Assembly (NCBI GenBank): GCA_902797345.1
Contig: CADBSL010000076.1
Coordinates: forward strand, 1 to 27,820
From: an uncultured Eubacteriales bacterium
GTDB lineage: Bacteria; Bacillota; Clostridia; Peptostreptococcales; Anaerovoracaceae
Direction: 5' to 3'
Length of the DNA: 27,820 nucleotides
Shown here: in pieces, positions 7,060 through 15,954 of the stretch
How the letters are laid out: each line of letters starts with the position of its first letter
How positions within the stretch are numbered: the stretch's first letter is position 1
Position numbers and translations under genes: made by a program
The notes under the pieces: model-generated
The model's input: the letters and a program-made list of their open reading frames with translations, nothing else
Database searches by the model: none
What the model was told of the DNA's origin: nothing

Positions 7060-9665
7060 TGCAGCAGTATCTGAAGACCAAGGAGCAGTATAAAGACTGC
7101 ATCCTGTTCTACAGACTGGGCGATTTTTATGAAATGTTTTTTGAGGATGCTCTGACGGCATCCAAGGTCATGGAAGTGACCCTGACCGGAAAGAACTGCG
7201 GGATGGAGGAACGGGCTCCGATGTGCGGGGTGCCGTATCATGCCGCGGATACCTATATCGCGAAGCTGACCGCAAAGGGGTACAACGTGGCCATCTGCGA
7301 ACAGATGGAGGACCCGGCCACTGCCAAAGGACTGGTGAAACGGGAAGTGATCCGTATCGTCACACCGGGGACCCAGACCAGCCCCCTGACCCTTTCAGAG
7401 GGGGAAAACAATTATCTGGCCTGTCTGCACCTTTCGGATGGGTCGGCAGGACTGGCGTACTGCGATCTTTCCACAGGAGAGATCCGCTGCGGAGAATTCC
7501 GGGGAAGCTCTTTCCGGGAAGATCTGATCAGCGAACTGACAAAGATCAAGGCCAAGGAGATCCTCCACGACCCGGGTCTGATGCCGGAGGAAGTCGATGA
7601 GATCGAAGCCAATTGCGACGGTTTCCTTCGGGGGATCGAAGAACGGTATTTTGACAACAGACCCTGCCGGGAAGTGATCCTGCGTCAATTCGGCGTCCTG
7701 GATCTGCAGGGGATCGGTCTGGCGGAGCAGCCGGAGGGTACGCTGGCACTGGGCGCATTGCTCCAGTATCTTTTTGAGACCCAGAAACAATCCCTTTCCC
7801 ACCTGGTGCGGTTGGAGGTGCTGGATGTCAGCGATCATATGTGTCTGGACCGGGCGACTCTTAAAAACCTGGAGCTGACAGAGACCCTGTTCGAGAAAAA
7901 GACACAGGGTTCTCTACTGGGTGTGCTGGACAAGACCGGCACCGCCATGGGCGCCAGAAAAATGAAGCAGTGGCTGAAGGAACCGTTGAACCGGGCCGAA
8001 CCGGTCTGTCAGCGGCTGGATGCGGTGGAGTATCTGCTGGATGAGTATCTGTGCCGCAATGATCTTCGGGAGGAATTGAAAAAGATCTATGATCTGGAGA
8101 GGCTCTGCGGACGGATCGCGGTGGGCAATGCCAATGGGCGTGATGTCATCGCGCTGAAAAAATCCCTGGAGTCCCTGCCCCAGATCAAAAACGAGATCAC
8201 CGGAAGCGGCGCAGTGCTGCTGGAAAGACTGGCAGAAGAGATCGGCGATTTCAGCCGTGAAGTCCGTCTCATCGAAGAGGCCCTCCAGGAAGAACCGCCC
8301 TTCACGATCAAAGAAGGGGGCATCATCCGCCCCGGGTATTCCGAAGAGCTGGACCACCTAAAGGATTCCATCCGGGACGGTCAACAGTGGATCGCCTCTC
8401 TGGAGGGGACGGAACGGGACCGTACCGGTATCAAAAACCTGAAAGTGGGATTCAATAAGGTCTTTGGGTACTATATCGAAGTGACGAAGGCCAATTATGA
8501 ACTGGTGCCGGAGAACTATATCCGGAAACAGACTCTGGTGAACTGCGAACGGTATATCACGCCGGAACTCAAGGAAGTGGAGTCGGTGGTGCTGGGGGCG
8601 GAAGCCCGCATCAATCAGATGGAATACGAGCTTTTCCTGGAGATCCGAAAGACCCTTCAGGAATCGATCCCGGCGATCCAGCAGGCTTCTTCGGCTGTGG
8701 CAGCGCTGGATGTCCTGTGCTCCTTTGCGGAGGTCAGCTCCCGGAACGGATATGTGAAACCGGAGATCCGGGAAGATGATGCCATTACCATCGAAAACGG
8801 TCGCCACCCGGTGATCGAACAATCTTTGGGAGACGGGACTTTCGTGTCCAACGATTTATATATAGACCGAAAAGATCACAGCCTTTTGTTGATCACGGGA
8901 CCGAATATGGCCGGAAAATCCACTTATATGCGGCAGAATGCCCTGATCGTGCTGATGGCCCAGGCGGGATGTTTTGTTCCCTGCGACCGGGCGGTCATCG
9001 GCATCGTAGACCGGATCTATACCCGGATCGGCGCCTCGGATAATCTGGCCCAGGGTCAGAGTACGTTCTTTGTGGAGATGAACGAACTGGCGGGCATCCT
9101 GAATACCTGTACCCCCAGGAGCCTGATCCTTCTGGATGAAGTGGGAAGGGGCACCAGCACTTACGACGGTCTGTCCATTGCCTGGGCGCTGGCGGAATAT
9201 CTTTGTCAAAAGGACAGACAGGTCCGGACCCTTTTCGCCACTCATTATCACGAATTGACCGTATTGGAAGGACAGCTGCCGGGTTTGAAGAACCTGAATG
9301 TGGAGGTCCTGGAGGACGGCGGCAGCGTGGTCTTCCTCCATAAGATCGTAGAGGGCAGCGCCAGCCGGAGCTACGGGATCCATGTGGCAAAGATCGCCGG
9401 GGTGCCGAAAGCTCTGCTGGATTCCGCTCAGCAAAAGCTGGATGAACTGGAACAGGGCCAGGCCCTTGCCATAAACCTTCCCGAAGAGGACCCTTCTGCC
9501 GGGAAGGAAATCGAATCGAAGCCGGAAGAAGAACAGATCAGTTTCTTTGGTTATGCTCCGGATCCGATCGTAGAGGAGATCCGGCGGATCGATATCATGA
9601 ATATCACACCATCTCAGGCCTTTTCCATTTTAGAAAAACTGCAGAAGGCGGTAAAAGGAGACTGA
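7041..9665 (+). CDS. mutS: DNA mismatch repair protein MutS
   Basis: TPMMQQY, LFYRLGDFYEMF, CGVPYHA, Walker A GPNMAGKST, DEVGRGTST and FATHYHEL. 874 aa. Confidence 0.98.
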   Translation: MGYTPMMQQYLKTKEQYKDCILFYRLGDFYEMFFEDALTASKVMEVTLTGKNCGMEERAPMCGVPYHAADTYIAKLTAKGYNVAICEQMEDPATAKGLVKREVIRIVTPGTQTSPLTLSEGENNYLACLHLSDGSAGLAYCDLSTGEIRCGEFRGSSFREDLISELTKIKAKEILHDPGLMPEEVDEIEANCDGFLRGIEERYFDNRPCREVILRQFGVLDLQGIGLAEQPEGTLALGALLQYLFETQKQSLSHLVRLEVLDVSDHMCLDRATLKNLELTETLFEKKTQGSLLGVLDKTGTAMGARKMKQWLKEPLNRAEPVCQRLDAVEYLLDEYLCRNDLREELKKIYDLERLCGRIAVGNANGRDVIALKKSLESLPQIKNEITGSGAVLLERLAEEIGDFSREVRLIEEALQEEPPFTIKEGGIIRPGYSEELDHLKDSIRDGQQWIASLEGTERDRTGIKNLKVGFNKVFGYYIEVTKANYELVPENYIRKQTLVNCERYITPELKEVESVVLGAEARINQMEYELFLEIRKTLQESIPAIQQASSAVAALDVLCSFAEVSSRNGYVKPEIREDDAITIENGRHPVIEQSLGDGTFVSNDLYIDRKDHSLLLITGPNMAGKSTYMRQNALIVLMAQAGCFVPCDRAVIGIVDRIYTRIGASDNLAQGQSTFFVEMNELAGILNTCTPRSLILLDEVGRGTSTYDGLSIAWALAEYLCQKDRQVRTLFATHYHELTVLEGQLPGLKNLNVEVLEDGGSVVFLHKIVEGSASRSYGIHVAKIAGVPKALLDSAQQKLDELEQGQALAINLPEEDPSAGKEIESKPEEEQISFFGYAPDPIVEEIRRIDIMNITPSQAFSILEKLQKAVKGD

Positions 9666-9690
9666 AGATGGGAGATTGGAGAGCGTTTAG

Positions 9691-11607
9691 ATGGAAAACA
9701 GAAGAATAAACAGACGCAGGATCCGCAGCCTGGAAAAACAGGTGGCTGACCGGATCGCAGCGGGAGAAGTGGTGGACCGGCCTCTTTCCATCGTCAAGGA
9801 ACTGGTGGAGAACAGCATCGATGCCGGGGCGGATTCCATTACTCTGGAAATCAAAAACGGCGGAAAAACGTTCATTCGGGTCACCGATAACGGGTGCGGG
9901 ATCCCTTCCGAGGATATCGAGATCGCTTTCCTGCGCCATTCCACCAGCAAGATCGTTACGGACAACGATCTGTCCTCCATCGAGACCCTTGGTTTCCGGG
10001 GAGAGGCGCTGGCCAGCATCGCGGCGGTGACCCGCACCCAGATGATCACCAAGACGCCGGAAGAAGCCACCGGCACACGGATCTCCATTGAAGGAAGCGC
10101 GGTGACGGAAAAAGTCCCGGTGGGTGCGGCGGAAGGAACCACCATCATCGTCCGGGACCTGTTTTATAATACGCCGGCCCGGATGAAATTCTTAAAAAAG
10201 GATCATACGGAAAGCGGTCTGATCATCGATTTCATGTGCCGGATGACGTTGGCTTATCCCGGGATCCGTTTCCGGCTGATCAACAACGGGAAAATGATGT
10301 TCCACACCATCGGAAAAGGAGATGTGCTGGAGAACATCTATGCCGTTTACGGAAAAGAGACCGCCGAGAACCTGATCCCTTTTGAAGGAGAAGAAGACGG
10401 GATCCGAGCGGAAGGATATATTTCTCAGCCCACCTACACGAAGAGTTCCCGTCGGAACCAGTTCTATTTCGTGAATGGGCGGAACGTGTCCGATAAGACC
10501 ATGGAAGATGCGGTGTCGGCGGGATACGGGGACAAGATCTTTGAGAATCGTTACCCGGTGGCTTATGTGTTCCTGACGGTCCCGGCCAATACCGTGGATG
10601 TGAATGTCCACCCCAATAAAAAAGAAGTCCGGTTCGATGAGCCGGAAAAGGTGCGGGAGTTGATCCGTCGTAGCATTTTCGAACGGTTGAATACCCGGGA
10701 GGGCGTAGGCCGTTTTGACCGGGAGTCGATCCTGCGGGAGAAGCCGGGTGCAGAGCCCGATCTTCAGGCCCGGGAGGACGTGGCTCCATTCAAAAGAGTG
10801 AGCTTTGCGGATCCATTGCCGGAGGGCACCCAGGAGAAGATGGGGGTCGAAGTGATCTCGTTAAAGACCGATAAAAAGGACGAAAAACCCTACTCCGGCG
10901 GCAGGACCCAGTCTGCAGTTTCCATCGCCCGGTCTTCTCATCCGGAAGGATATTTCTCACCGGCAGCGCCGAAGGACCCGGAGCTGAGGGACCCCCGGGA
11001 AGAGGAAGCCCGGACCATGCGGTTCGACCTGGGATCTTTGACGGTGCTGGGGGTGGTGTTCCTGACCTATATCACCGCTTACGATGAAGAGTATTTCTAT
11101 CTCATCGATCAGCATGCCGCTCATGAAAGGGTGTTTTACGAACAGTTTCTGGACGCCTTTTACCAGCAGGAAGCCGCTCCGCAGTTGCTGATGACGCCTC
11201 TGATCCGGGAGACCGACCTGAAGATCGCCGCGTCCGGAGATACCGGCTGGATGGAATTCCTTCGGAAGTCCGGTTTCATCATCGAGGAATTCGGCGGAAA
11301 AAGTGTTCGGATCAGCGGGATCCCCGCCTATATGGATCTGTCGGAAGCCCAGCGTTTCCTGGACGATTACATCGACAGCGTGTCGGATTCCACCAACTTT
11401 AAAGATCAGAAGACCCTGGACAAGATCATCCTTCGGTCCTGCAAGGCTGCCGTGAAGGCCAATGACCGGCTGGGGATGGAAGAGATCCGGGCGCTACTGG
11501 AGGACCTGTCCAAATGCAGCAATCCCTTTTCCTGCCCCCACGGCCGGCCGGCCATCATCCGGCTCAGCAAGCGGGAAATGGAGAAGATGTTCAAAAGGAT
11601 CGTATAA
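9691..11607 (+). CDS. mutL: DNA mismatch repair endonuclease MutL
   Basis: IAAGEVVDRP, KELVENSIDAGA, GFRGEALASI, DVNVHPNK, endonuclease motif DQHAAHERVFYE and CPHGRP. Confidence 0.98.
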   Translation: MENRRINRRRIRSLEKQVADRIAAGEVVDRPLSIVKELVENSIDAGADSITLEIKNGGKTFIRVTDNGCGIPSEDIEIAFLRHSTSKIVTDNDLSSIETLGFRGEALASIAAVTRTQMITKTPEEATGTRISIEGSAVTEKVPVGAAEGTTIIVRDLFYNTPARMKFLKKDHTESGLIIDFMCRMTLAYPGIRFRLINNGKMMFHTIGKGDVLENIYAVYGKETAENLIPFEGEEDGIRAEGYISQPTYTKSSRRNQFYFVNGRNVSDKTMEDAVSAGYGDKIFENRYPVAYVFLTVPANTVDVNVHPNKKEVRFDEPEKVRELIRRSIFERLNTREGVGRFDRESILREKPGAEPDLQAREDVAPFKRVSFADPLPEGTQEKMGVEVISLKTDKKDEKPYSGGRTQSAVSIARSSHPEGYFSPAAPKDPELRDPREEEARTMRFDLGSLTVLGVVFLTYITAYDEEYFYLIDQHAAHERVFYEQFLDAFYQQEAAPQLLMTPLIRETDLKIAASGDTGWMEFLRKSGFIIEEFGGKSVRISGIPAYMDLSEAQRFLDDYIDSVSDSTNFKDQKTLDKIILRSCKAAVKANDRLGMEEIRALLEDLSKCSNPFSCPHGRPAIIRLSKREMEKMFKRIV

Positions 11608-12543
11608 ATGGAAAAGAAGAGCATATTGATCATAGCAGGACCCACGGCGGTGGGGAAAACGGAATATGCCATCGAAACGGCGCTGAAGCTGGAGGGAGAG
11701 ATCGTTTCCGCCGATTCCATGCAGCTCTACCGCTATATGGATATCGGCAGCGCCAAACCCACCGACGAAGAACGCTCCCGGGTGCACCACTATCTGGTGG
11801 ACGAGATCGATCCCCGGCAGGATTTTTCGGTGTTCGAATACCAAAAAAGAGCCCAGGAAGCGATCCGGGAGATCTTCGGGAAGGGAAAAACGCCGGTGAT
11901 CTCCGGGGGGACCGGCCTATATATCCATTCGCTGATGTATGAGATGGATTTTTCCGCCCGGCCGGACACCAAAGACCTCCGTCTCCGTCTGGAACAAAAG
12001 GCAGAAGAAGAGGGAGGCGAAGTCCTTCACCAGATGCTGATGGGATTGGACCCGGAGGCGGCGGAAAGGATCCACCCCAACAACGTGAAAAAGATCATCC
12101 GGGCTCTGGAGATCCTGGAGACCGGAGAAGCGCTCCGGCCATTTGAAAAGTCTTTCGTTCCCGTATCGGACTACGATGTCTGCCTGATCGGTCTCACCCG
12201 AGACCGGCAGGAGCTGTATGACCGTATCGACAGACGGGTGGATCTGCTGATGGAACAGGGGCTGGTGGAAGAAGTCCGGAAGCTGGGAGAAATGGGGCTG
12301 ACGGAGGATTCCATCTCCATGAAGGGGATCGGATACAAAGAAGTGTTCGGTTTTCTGAAAGGGGAATACGATCTGGAGGAAGCGGCCCGCCTCATCAAAC
12401 GGAATACCCGGCGGTATGCCAAACGTCAGCTCACCTGGCTGAGAAGGTATAAAGGCCTTCATTGGGTGGATCTGAGCAGCGGCAATAAGGAAGGATCATT
12501 GGAGGAGATCCTCCGGTATTGGGAGGGTGAATCATGGCGATAA
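11608..12543 (+). CDS. miaA: tRNA dimethylallyltransferase
   Basis: GPTAVGKT, SADSMQLY, GSAKPT, GGTGLY and TRRYAKRQLTW. Confidence 0.97.
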   Translation: MEKKSILIIAGPTAVGKTEYAIETALKLEGEIVSADSMQLYRYMDIGSAKPTDEERSRVHHYLVDEIDPRQDFSVFEYQKRAQEAIREIFGKGKTPVISGGTGLYIHSLMYEMDFSARPDTKDLRLRLEQKAEEEGGEVLHQMLMGLDPEAAERIHPNNVKKIIRALEILETGEALRPFEKSFVPVSDYDVCLIGLTRDRQELYDRIDRRVDLLMEQGLVEEVRKLGEMGLTEDSISMKGIGYKEVFGFLKGEYDLEEAARLIKRNTRRYAKRQLTWLRRYKGLHWVDLSSGNKEGSLEEILRYWEGESWR

Positions 12544-13697
12544 GAAGAGAAGATAAGAAAAAAGAAGTTCGGATCCACAATAAGAGCAGCAAACCGGACA
12601 ATATCGTCCGGCGGGAGCATGAGATCATGGAGAGAAGCCGGGAACTGGAGATGGAGCTGCCTTCCTTTATGAAGGGGTTCTTCTCTTACCTCAGGACCGG
12701 CGTACTGCCCAATACCCGCCTGGCCTATCTGTTCGATATCCGGTTCTTCTGTGAGTATCTGGTGAAGGAGACCGGTCTGACAAAGGCGCAGAAGCCGGCG
12801 GACATCACCGCGGAGGAATTCGGAAAGATCAAGGCCCGGGATGTCAATGTTTTCATCAACGATTACTGCCGGCACTACCGGGTGGAGACTGAAACCGCGG
12901 TCTATATCTATGAGAACGGGAACCGGTCGTTGTCCCGGAAAAAGTCTTCGCTGTCGGTATTGTTCAAGTATCTCTACCGGGATGAGATCATCCCGAAGAA
13001 CATCACCGATGGATTTGACCCGATCAAGCTGCCCAAACCCGGAGAACGGGAGATCAAGCGGCTGGAGATCGACGAAGTGAAAAAGATGATCGATGCGGTC
13101 TTCGAAGGGAACGGGCTCACGGAAAAGGAAAAATCCTATTGGGCCAAGACCCGTTACCGGGATACGGCGATCCTGGTGTTGTTCATCACCTACGGCCTCC
13201 GGCTCTACGAACTGCAGCAACTGAACGTGTCTTCCTTCGATTTCAATAAAGGAGAATTCAAGATCTATCGGAAGAGGGGGAAGGAATCCACCATGCCCCT
13301 GAACCGTTCGGTGGAGAAGGTACTGAAGGATTATATCGAACTGGAACGGCCGAAATCGGATCAGATCCGGGAGGGACACGAAGATGCACTGTTCCTGTCT
13401 CTGCAGAAGAGAAGGATGACGGAACGGGCCATCCGGGATCTGGTAAAAAAATATACTTCCATCGGGATGTCCCGGGGGAGAGGGGAAGGATACAGTCCCC
13501 ATAAACTGAGGGCCACAGCCGCCACGGCACTGATCGAGGAGGGGAATTCCATCTTCGATGTCCAGGCGCTTTTGGACCACGACAATATCACAACGACCCA
13601 GCTGTATGCCGCTCATAAACGGAACACCAAGCGGACCCTGATCGACAACTTTGAATGGCTGGATGAATTTGAGGAGGAAAACGGTGAAGACGACTGA
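12534..13697 (+). CDS. Tyrosine recombinase, Xer-like (XerS-like length and N-terminus), catalytically intact
   Basis: Catalytic R (YGLRLYEL), K (RKRGKE), HxxR (HKLRATAAT), H (LDHDN) and Y (TTQLY). 387 aa; SD GGAGGG. Confidence 0.9.
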   Translation: MAIRREDKKKEVRIHNKSSKPDNIVRREHEIMERSRELEMELPSFMKGFFSYLRTGVLPNTRLAYLFDIRFFCEYLVKETGLTKAQKPADITAEEFGKIKARDVNVFINDYCRHYRVETETAVYIYENGNRSLSRKKSSLSVLFKYLYRDEIIPKNITDGFDPIKLPKPGEREIKRLEIDEVKKMIDAVFEGNGLTEKEKSYWAKTRYRDTAILVLFITYGLRLYELQQLNVSSFDFNKGEFKIYRKRGKESTMPLNRSVEKVLKDYIELERPKSDQIREGHEDALFLSLQKRRMTERAIRDLVKKYTSIGMSRGRGEGYSPHKLRATAATALIEEGNSIFDVQALLDHDNITTTQLYAAHKRNTKRTLIDNFEWLDEFEEENGEDD

Positions 13698-14961
13698 GCG
13701 ATATCTGATCGAAGAACTGAATATCGACCCGGAGATCCTGGAACGGATCTCGGAGGCGGAAGAACAACTGAAGGGCGTATTCGAGGCCCTGGATGACAAG
13801 TCCGAATATAATCAATACAAAGTGCTGGCGGCTCTGCAGAAGAACCGGGTCAGCGACATGCATTTTGCCTGGAACACCGGATACGGCTACAACGATCCCG
13901 GCAGAGAAGTCACAGAGCAGATCTTTGCGGATCTGTTTGGCTGTGAAGAAGCCATCGTCCGGCCCATCATCGTCAACGGGACCCATGCCCTATCCCTGAC
14001 GCTGACAGGGATCCTGCGGCCGGGGGATGAGATGATCTACTGCACCGGCAAACCCTACGATACCCTGGAGCAGGTCATCGGCATCAAAGGACAGCCGGGA
14101 GACGGCTCTCTGGCGGATTACGGGGTCACCTATAAGCAGGTGGAACTGAAGGAGGACGGCAGCATCGACCTGGAGGCCCTGCGGGAAGCCATCACCCCGA
14201 ATACGAAGATGGTCTGCATGCAGCGGGCGGCGGGCTACGGTTGGAGACGGTCTCTGACCATCGATGAGATCGGGGAGTGCTGCCGGTTCGTCAAAAGCAT
14301 CGACCCCTCCATCGTAATGATGGCGGACAATTGCTACGGGGAATTCCTGGATACGAAGGAGCCCACGGAAGTAGGGGTGGACATCATGGCCGGCTCTCTG
14401 ATCAAGAATCCCGGCGGCGGACTGGCGTTGACGGGAGGATATATCGCCGGACGGTCGGACCTGATCCGCCTCGTTTCCTACCGTCTCACCACAGTGGGGA
14501 TCGGCAAGGAATGCGGGTTGACCTTCGGACAGACCCGGACTATGCTGCAGGGCCTGTTCATGGCTCCGAAAGTGGTGAACGGGGCGTTGAAGGGCGCGAT
14601 GCTCTGCGCCAAGGTCTTTGAGAACATGGGGTACGAAGTCTGTCCGGGACCGGAAGAGGAAAGAAGCGATATCATCCAGTGCGTGAAACTGGGAACCGCG
14701 GAGAAGCTCATCGCCTTCTGCCAGGGGATCCAGTCGGCCGCACCGGTGGATTCTTTTGTGACGCCGCTTCCCTGGGATATGCCCGGGTATGATGACCAGG
14801 TCATCATGGCAGCCGGAGCTTTCGTGCAGGGTTCCTCCATCGAGCTCAGTGCGGACGGCCCCTTGAGAGAACCTTATATCGTCTATTTCCAGGGCGGACT
14901 GACCTACGAGTACTCCAAGATCGGCGTGATCAAAGGGCTGCAGGCCATGAAGGGTCTGTAA
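13684..14961 (+). CDS. ynbB: PLP-dependent methionine gamma-lyase-family protein (YnbB / aluminium resistance family)
   Basis: GYGYNDPGRE, IVNGTHAL, DNCYGEF, PLP lysine in AGSLIKNPGGG, and MAAGAFVQGSSIELSADGPLREPY. GTG 13684 with SD GAGGAGG is preferred over ATG 13651. Confidence 0.92.
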   Translation: MKTTERYLIEELNIDPEILERISEAEEQLKGVFEALDDKSEYNQYKVLAALQKNRVSDMHFAWNTGYGYNDPGREVTEQIFADLFGCEEAIVRPIIVNGTHALSLTLTGILRPGDEMIYCTGKPYDTLEQVIGIKGQPGDGSLADYGVTYKQVELKEDGSIDLEALREAITPNTKMVCMQRAAGYGWRRSLTIDEIGECCRFVKSIDPSIVMMADNCYGEFLDTKEPTEVGVDIMAGSLIKNPGGGLALTGGYIAGRSDLIRLVSYRLTTVGIGKECGLTFGQTRTMLQGLFMAPKVVNGALKGAMLCAKVFENMGYEVCPGPEEERSDIIQCVKLGTAEKLIAFCQGIQSAAPVDSFVTPLPWDMPGYDDQVIMAAGAFVQGSSIELSADGPLREPYIVYFQGGLTYEYSKIGVIKGLQAMKGL

Positions 14962-14969
14962 TAAAAATG

Positions 14970-15048
14970 AAACATTTGTTTTGAACATTTGCTCTTGATT
15001 CCAAACGTTTGTTCTGCTATTATTAGAACATAGAGAGAACAAACGTTT
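14970..15048. promoter_or_regulatory. Cluster of LexA (SOS/Cheo) boxes
   Basis: Matches to GAAC-N4-GTTC: AAAC-ATTT-GTTT 14970-14981 (2 mismatches), GAAC-ATTT-GCTC 14983-14994 (1), AAAC-GTTT-GTTC 15003-15014 (1) and GAAC-AAAC-GTTT 15037-15048 (1). They lie directly upstream of a yneA-like gene. Confidence 0.85.
14995..15023 (+). promoter_or_regulatory. sigmaA promoter of the yneA-like gene
   Basis: TTGATT (14995-15000), 17 nt, TATTAT (15018-15023), with an extended TGn. One SOS box sits in the spacer. Confidence 0.75.
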
Positions 15049-15063
15049 TGGAGGTGCGAACAA

Positions 15064-15387
15064 ATGAACGGAACAAAGAGAGTACAGATCAACACCGGAC
15101 GGTTTTTGGGGACCGTGATCCTTTTGGGGATGCTGCTGGCGATGACCGCCTTTATCTTAAGTGATTTCATCCACATCAGCTTCGATTGGACGGACCTGAG
15201 AGAAACGGGACCGACGGAATACGCCATCATCAAAGTGGCGGAAGGGGACTCGGTATGGAGTCTGGCCCGGAACTTTTCGGATCCCGGCCGGGATCTTCGG
15301 AAATCCGTGGACCTGATCTGCGAAGTGAACAGCCTGGAGGGCTATGTGATCCACCCGGGGGATGAGCTGCTGATCCCGATGCAGTAG
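15064..15387 (+). CDS. yneA: YneA-like SOS cell-division inhibitor (one TM segment + C-terminal LysM)
   Basis: 107 aa with an N-terminal TM (FLGTVILLGMLLAMTAFIL) and LysM (VAEGDSVWSLA...ICEVNSL...IHPGDELLIP). SOS boxes and SD GGAGGTG lie upstream. Confidence 0.8.
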   Translation: MNGTKRVQINTGRFLGTVILLGMLLAMTAFILSDFIHISFDWTDLRETGPTEYAIIKVAEGDSVWSLARNFSDPGRDLRKSVDLICEVNSLEGYVIHPGDELLIPMQ

Positions 15388-15433
15388 CTGCCCGGCCCTG
15401 AGCACACTCCGGAACCATAGATAAAGAAAAAGA

Positions 15434-15461
15434 CCGGAAGCAGTACGAACACTGTTTCCGG
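15434..15461. terminator. Probable bidirectional terminator between yneA and hxlR
   Basis: CCGGAAGCAGT-ACGAAC-ACTGTTTCCGG, an 11-bp stem with one G-U pair. The A-tract on the 5' side is a T-tract for the minus strand. Confidence 0.7.
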
Positions 15462-15467
15462 CCTCTG

Positions 15468-15842
15468 TTATTTCAGGTGCCATTTATGAACGATGACCTC
15501 ACCGTCCACCACCGGGCGGTGAGCTTCTCCCCAGTTGCAGATATCATTGACCACCGGTATCAGGGATTTCCCCTTTTCAGTGAGGGAATACTCGACTTTC
15601 GGCGGGATCTGGGGAAATTCAGTCCGAAGGATCAATTCATCTTCCTCCATTTCCTTCAGCTGCTTTGCCAGCATCTTATGGGTGATGCCCATCACCTCTT
15701 TTTTCAGTTCCCCATAGCGAAGGACTCCGTTCTCATAGAGGAGATAGAGGACTCGGATCTTCCATTTGCCGTTGATGAGCGAAAGGGTATATTCAAAGGG
15801 ATATTGTTTATCGATTTTCTTTGTTGCATTGTCATCTGACAT
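15468..15842 (-). CDS. HxlR/DUF24-family winged-helix transcriptional regulator
   Basis: TLSLINGKWK, LRYGELKK..GITHKMLAKQLKEME and PPKVEYSLTEKG. ATG 15842 with a GAGGT SD is preferred over TTG 15863. Confidence 0.92.
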   Translation of the reverse strand: MSDDNATKKIDKQYPFEYTLSLINGKWKIRVLYLLYENGVLRYGELKKEVMGITHKMLAKQLKEMEEDELILRTEFPQIPPKVEYSLTEKGKSLIPVVNDICNWGEAHRPVVDGEVIVHKWHLK

Positions 15843-15954
15843 ATTCACAGACCTCGATTCCAAACATTTTTTTGTATTTTAACACAACATCTGTTCCTTT
15901 TCCATCTTTTTTGATATATTATTGTAAGAGGTTTTGACAAACGGAGGAATTGAT

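Noticed and set aside
9668-9709. 13-codon ORF MGDWRAFRWKTEE overlapping the mutL start
   Set aside because: Too short, with no SD and no other support.
12534-13697. Recombinase as the integrase of a prophage or ICE
   Set aside because: It overlaps housekeeping genes on both sides, with no att repeats, excisionase, cargo or visible compositional break.
12459-13799. 446-aa antisense ORF opposite the recombinase (likewise 24809-26026, 13990-15063, 22205-23089 and many shorter track ORFs)
   Set aside because: These are shadow ORFs of well-supported genes, expected from GC-rich biased codon use. They have no recognisable motifs or SD.
15885-15896. SOS-like box CAAC-ATCT-GTTC in the hxlR/corC gap, and GAAC-ACTG-TTTC at 15447-15458
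   Set aside because: Both are isolated one-mismatch hits. One lies inside a terminator, and the neighbouring genes are not typical SOS members.
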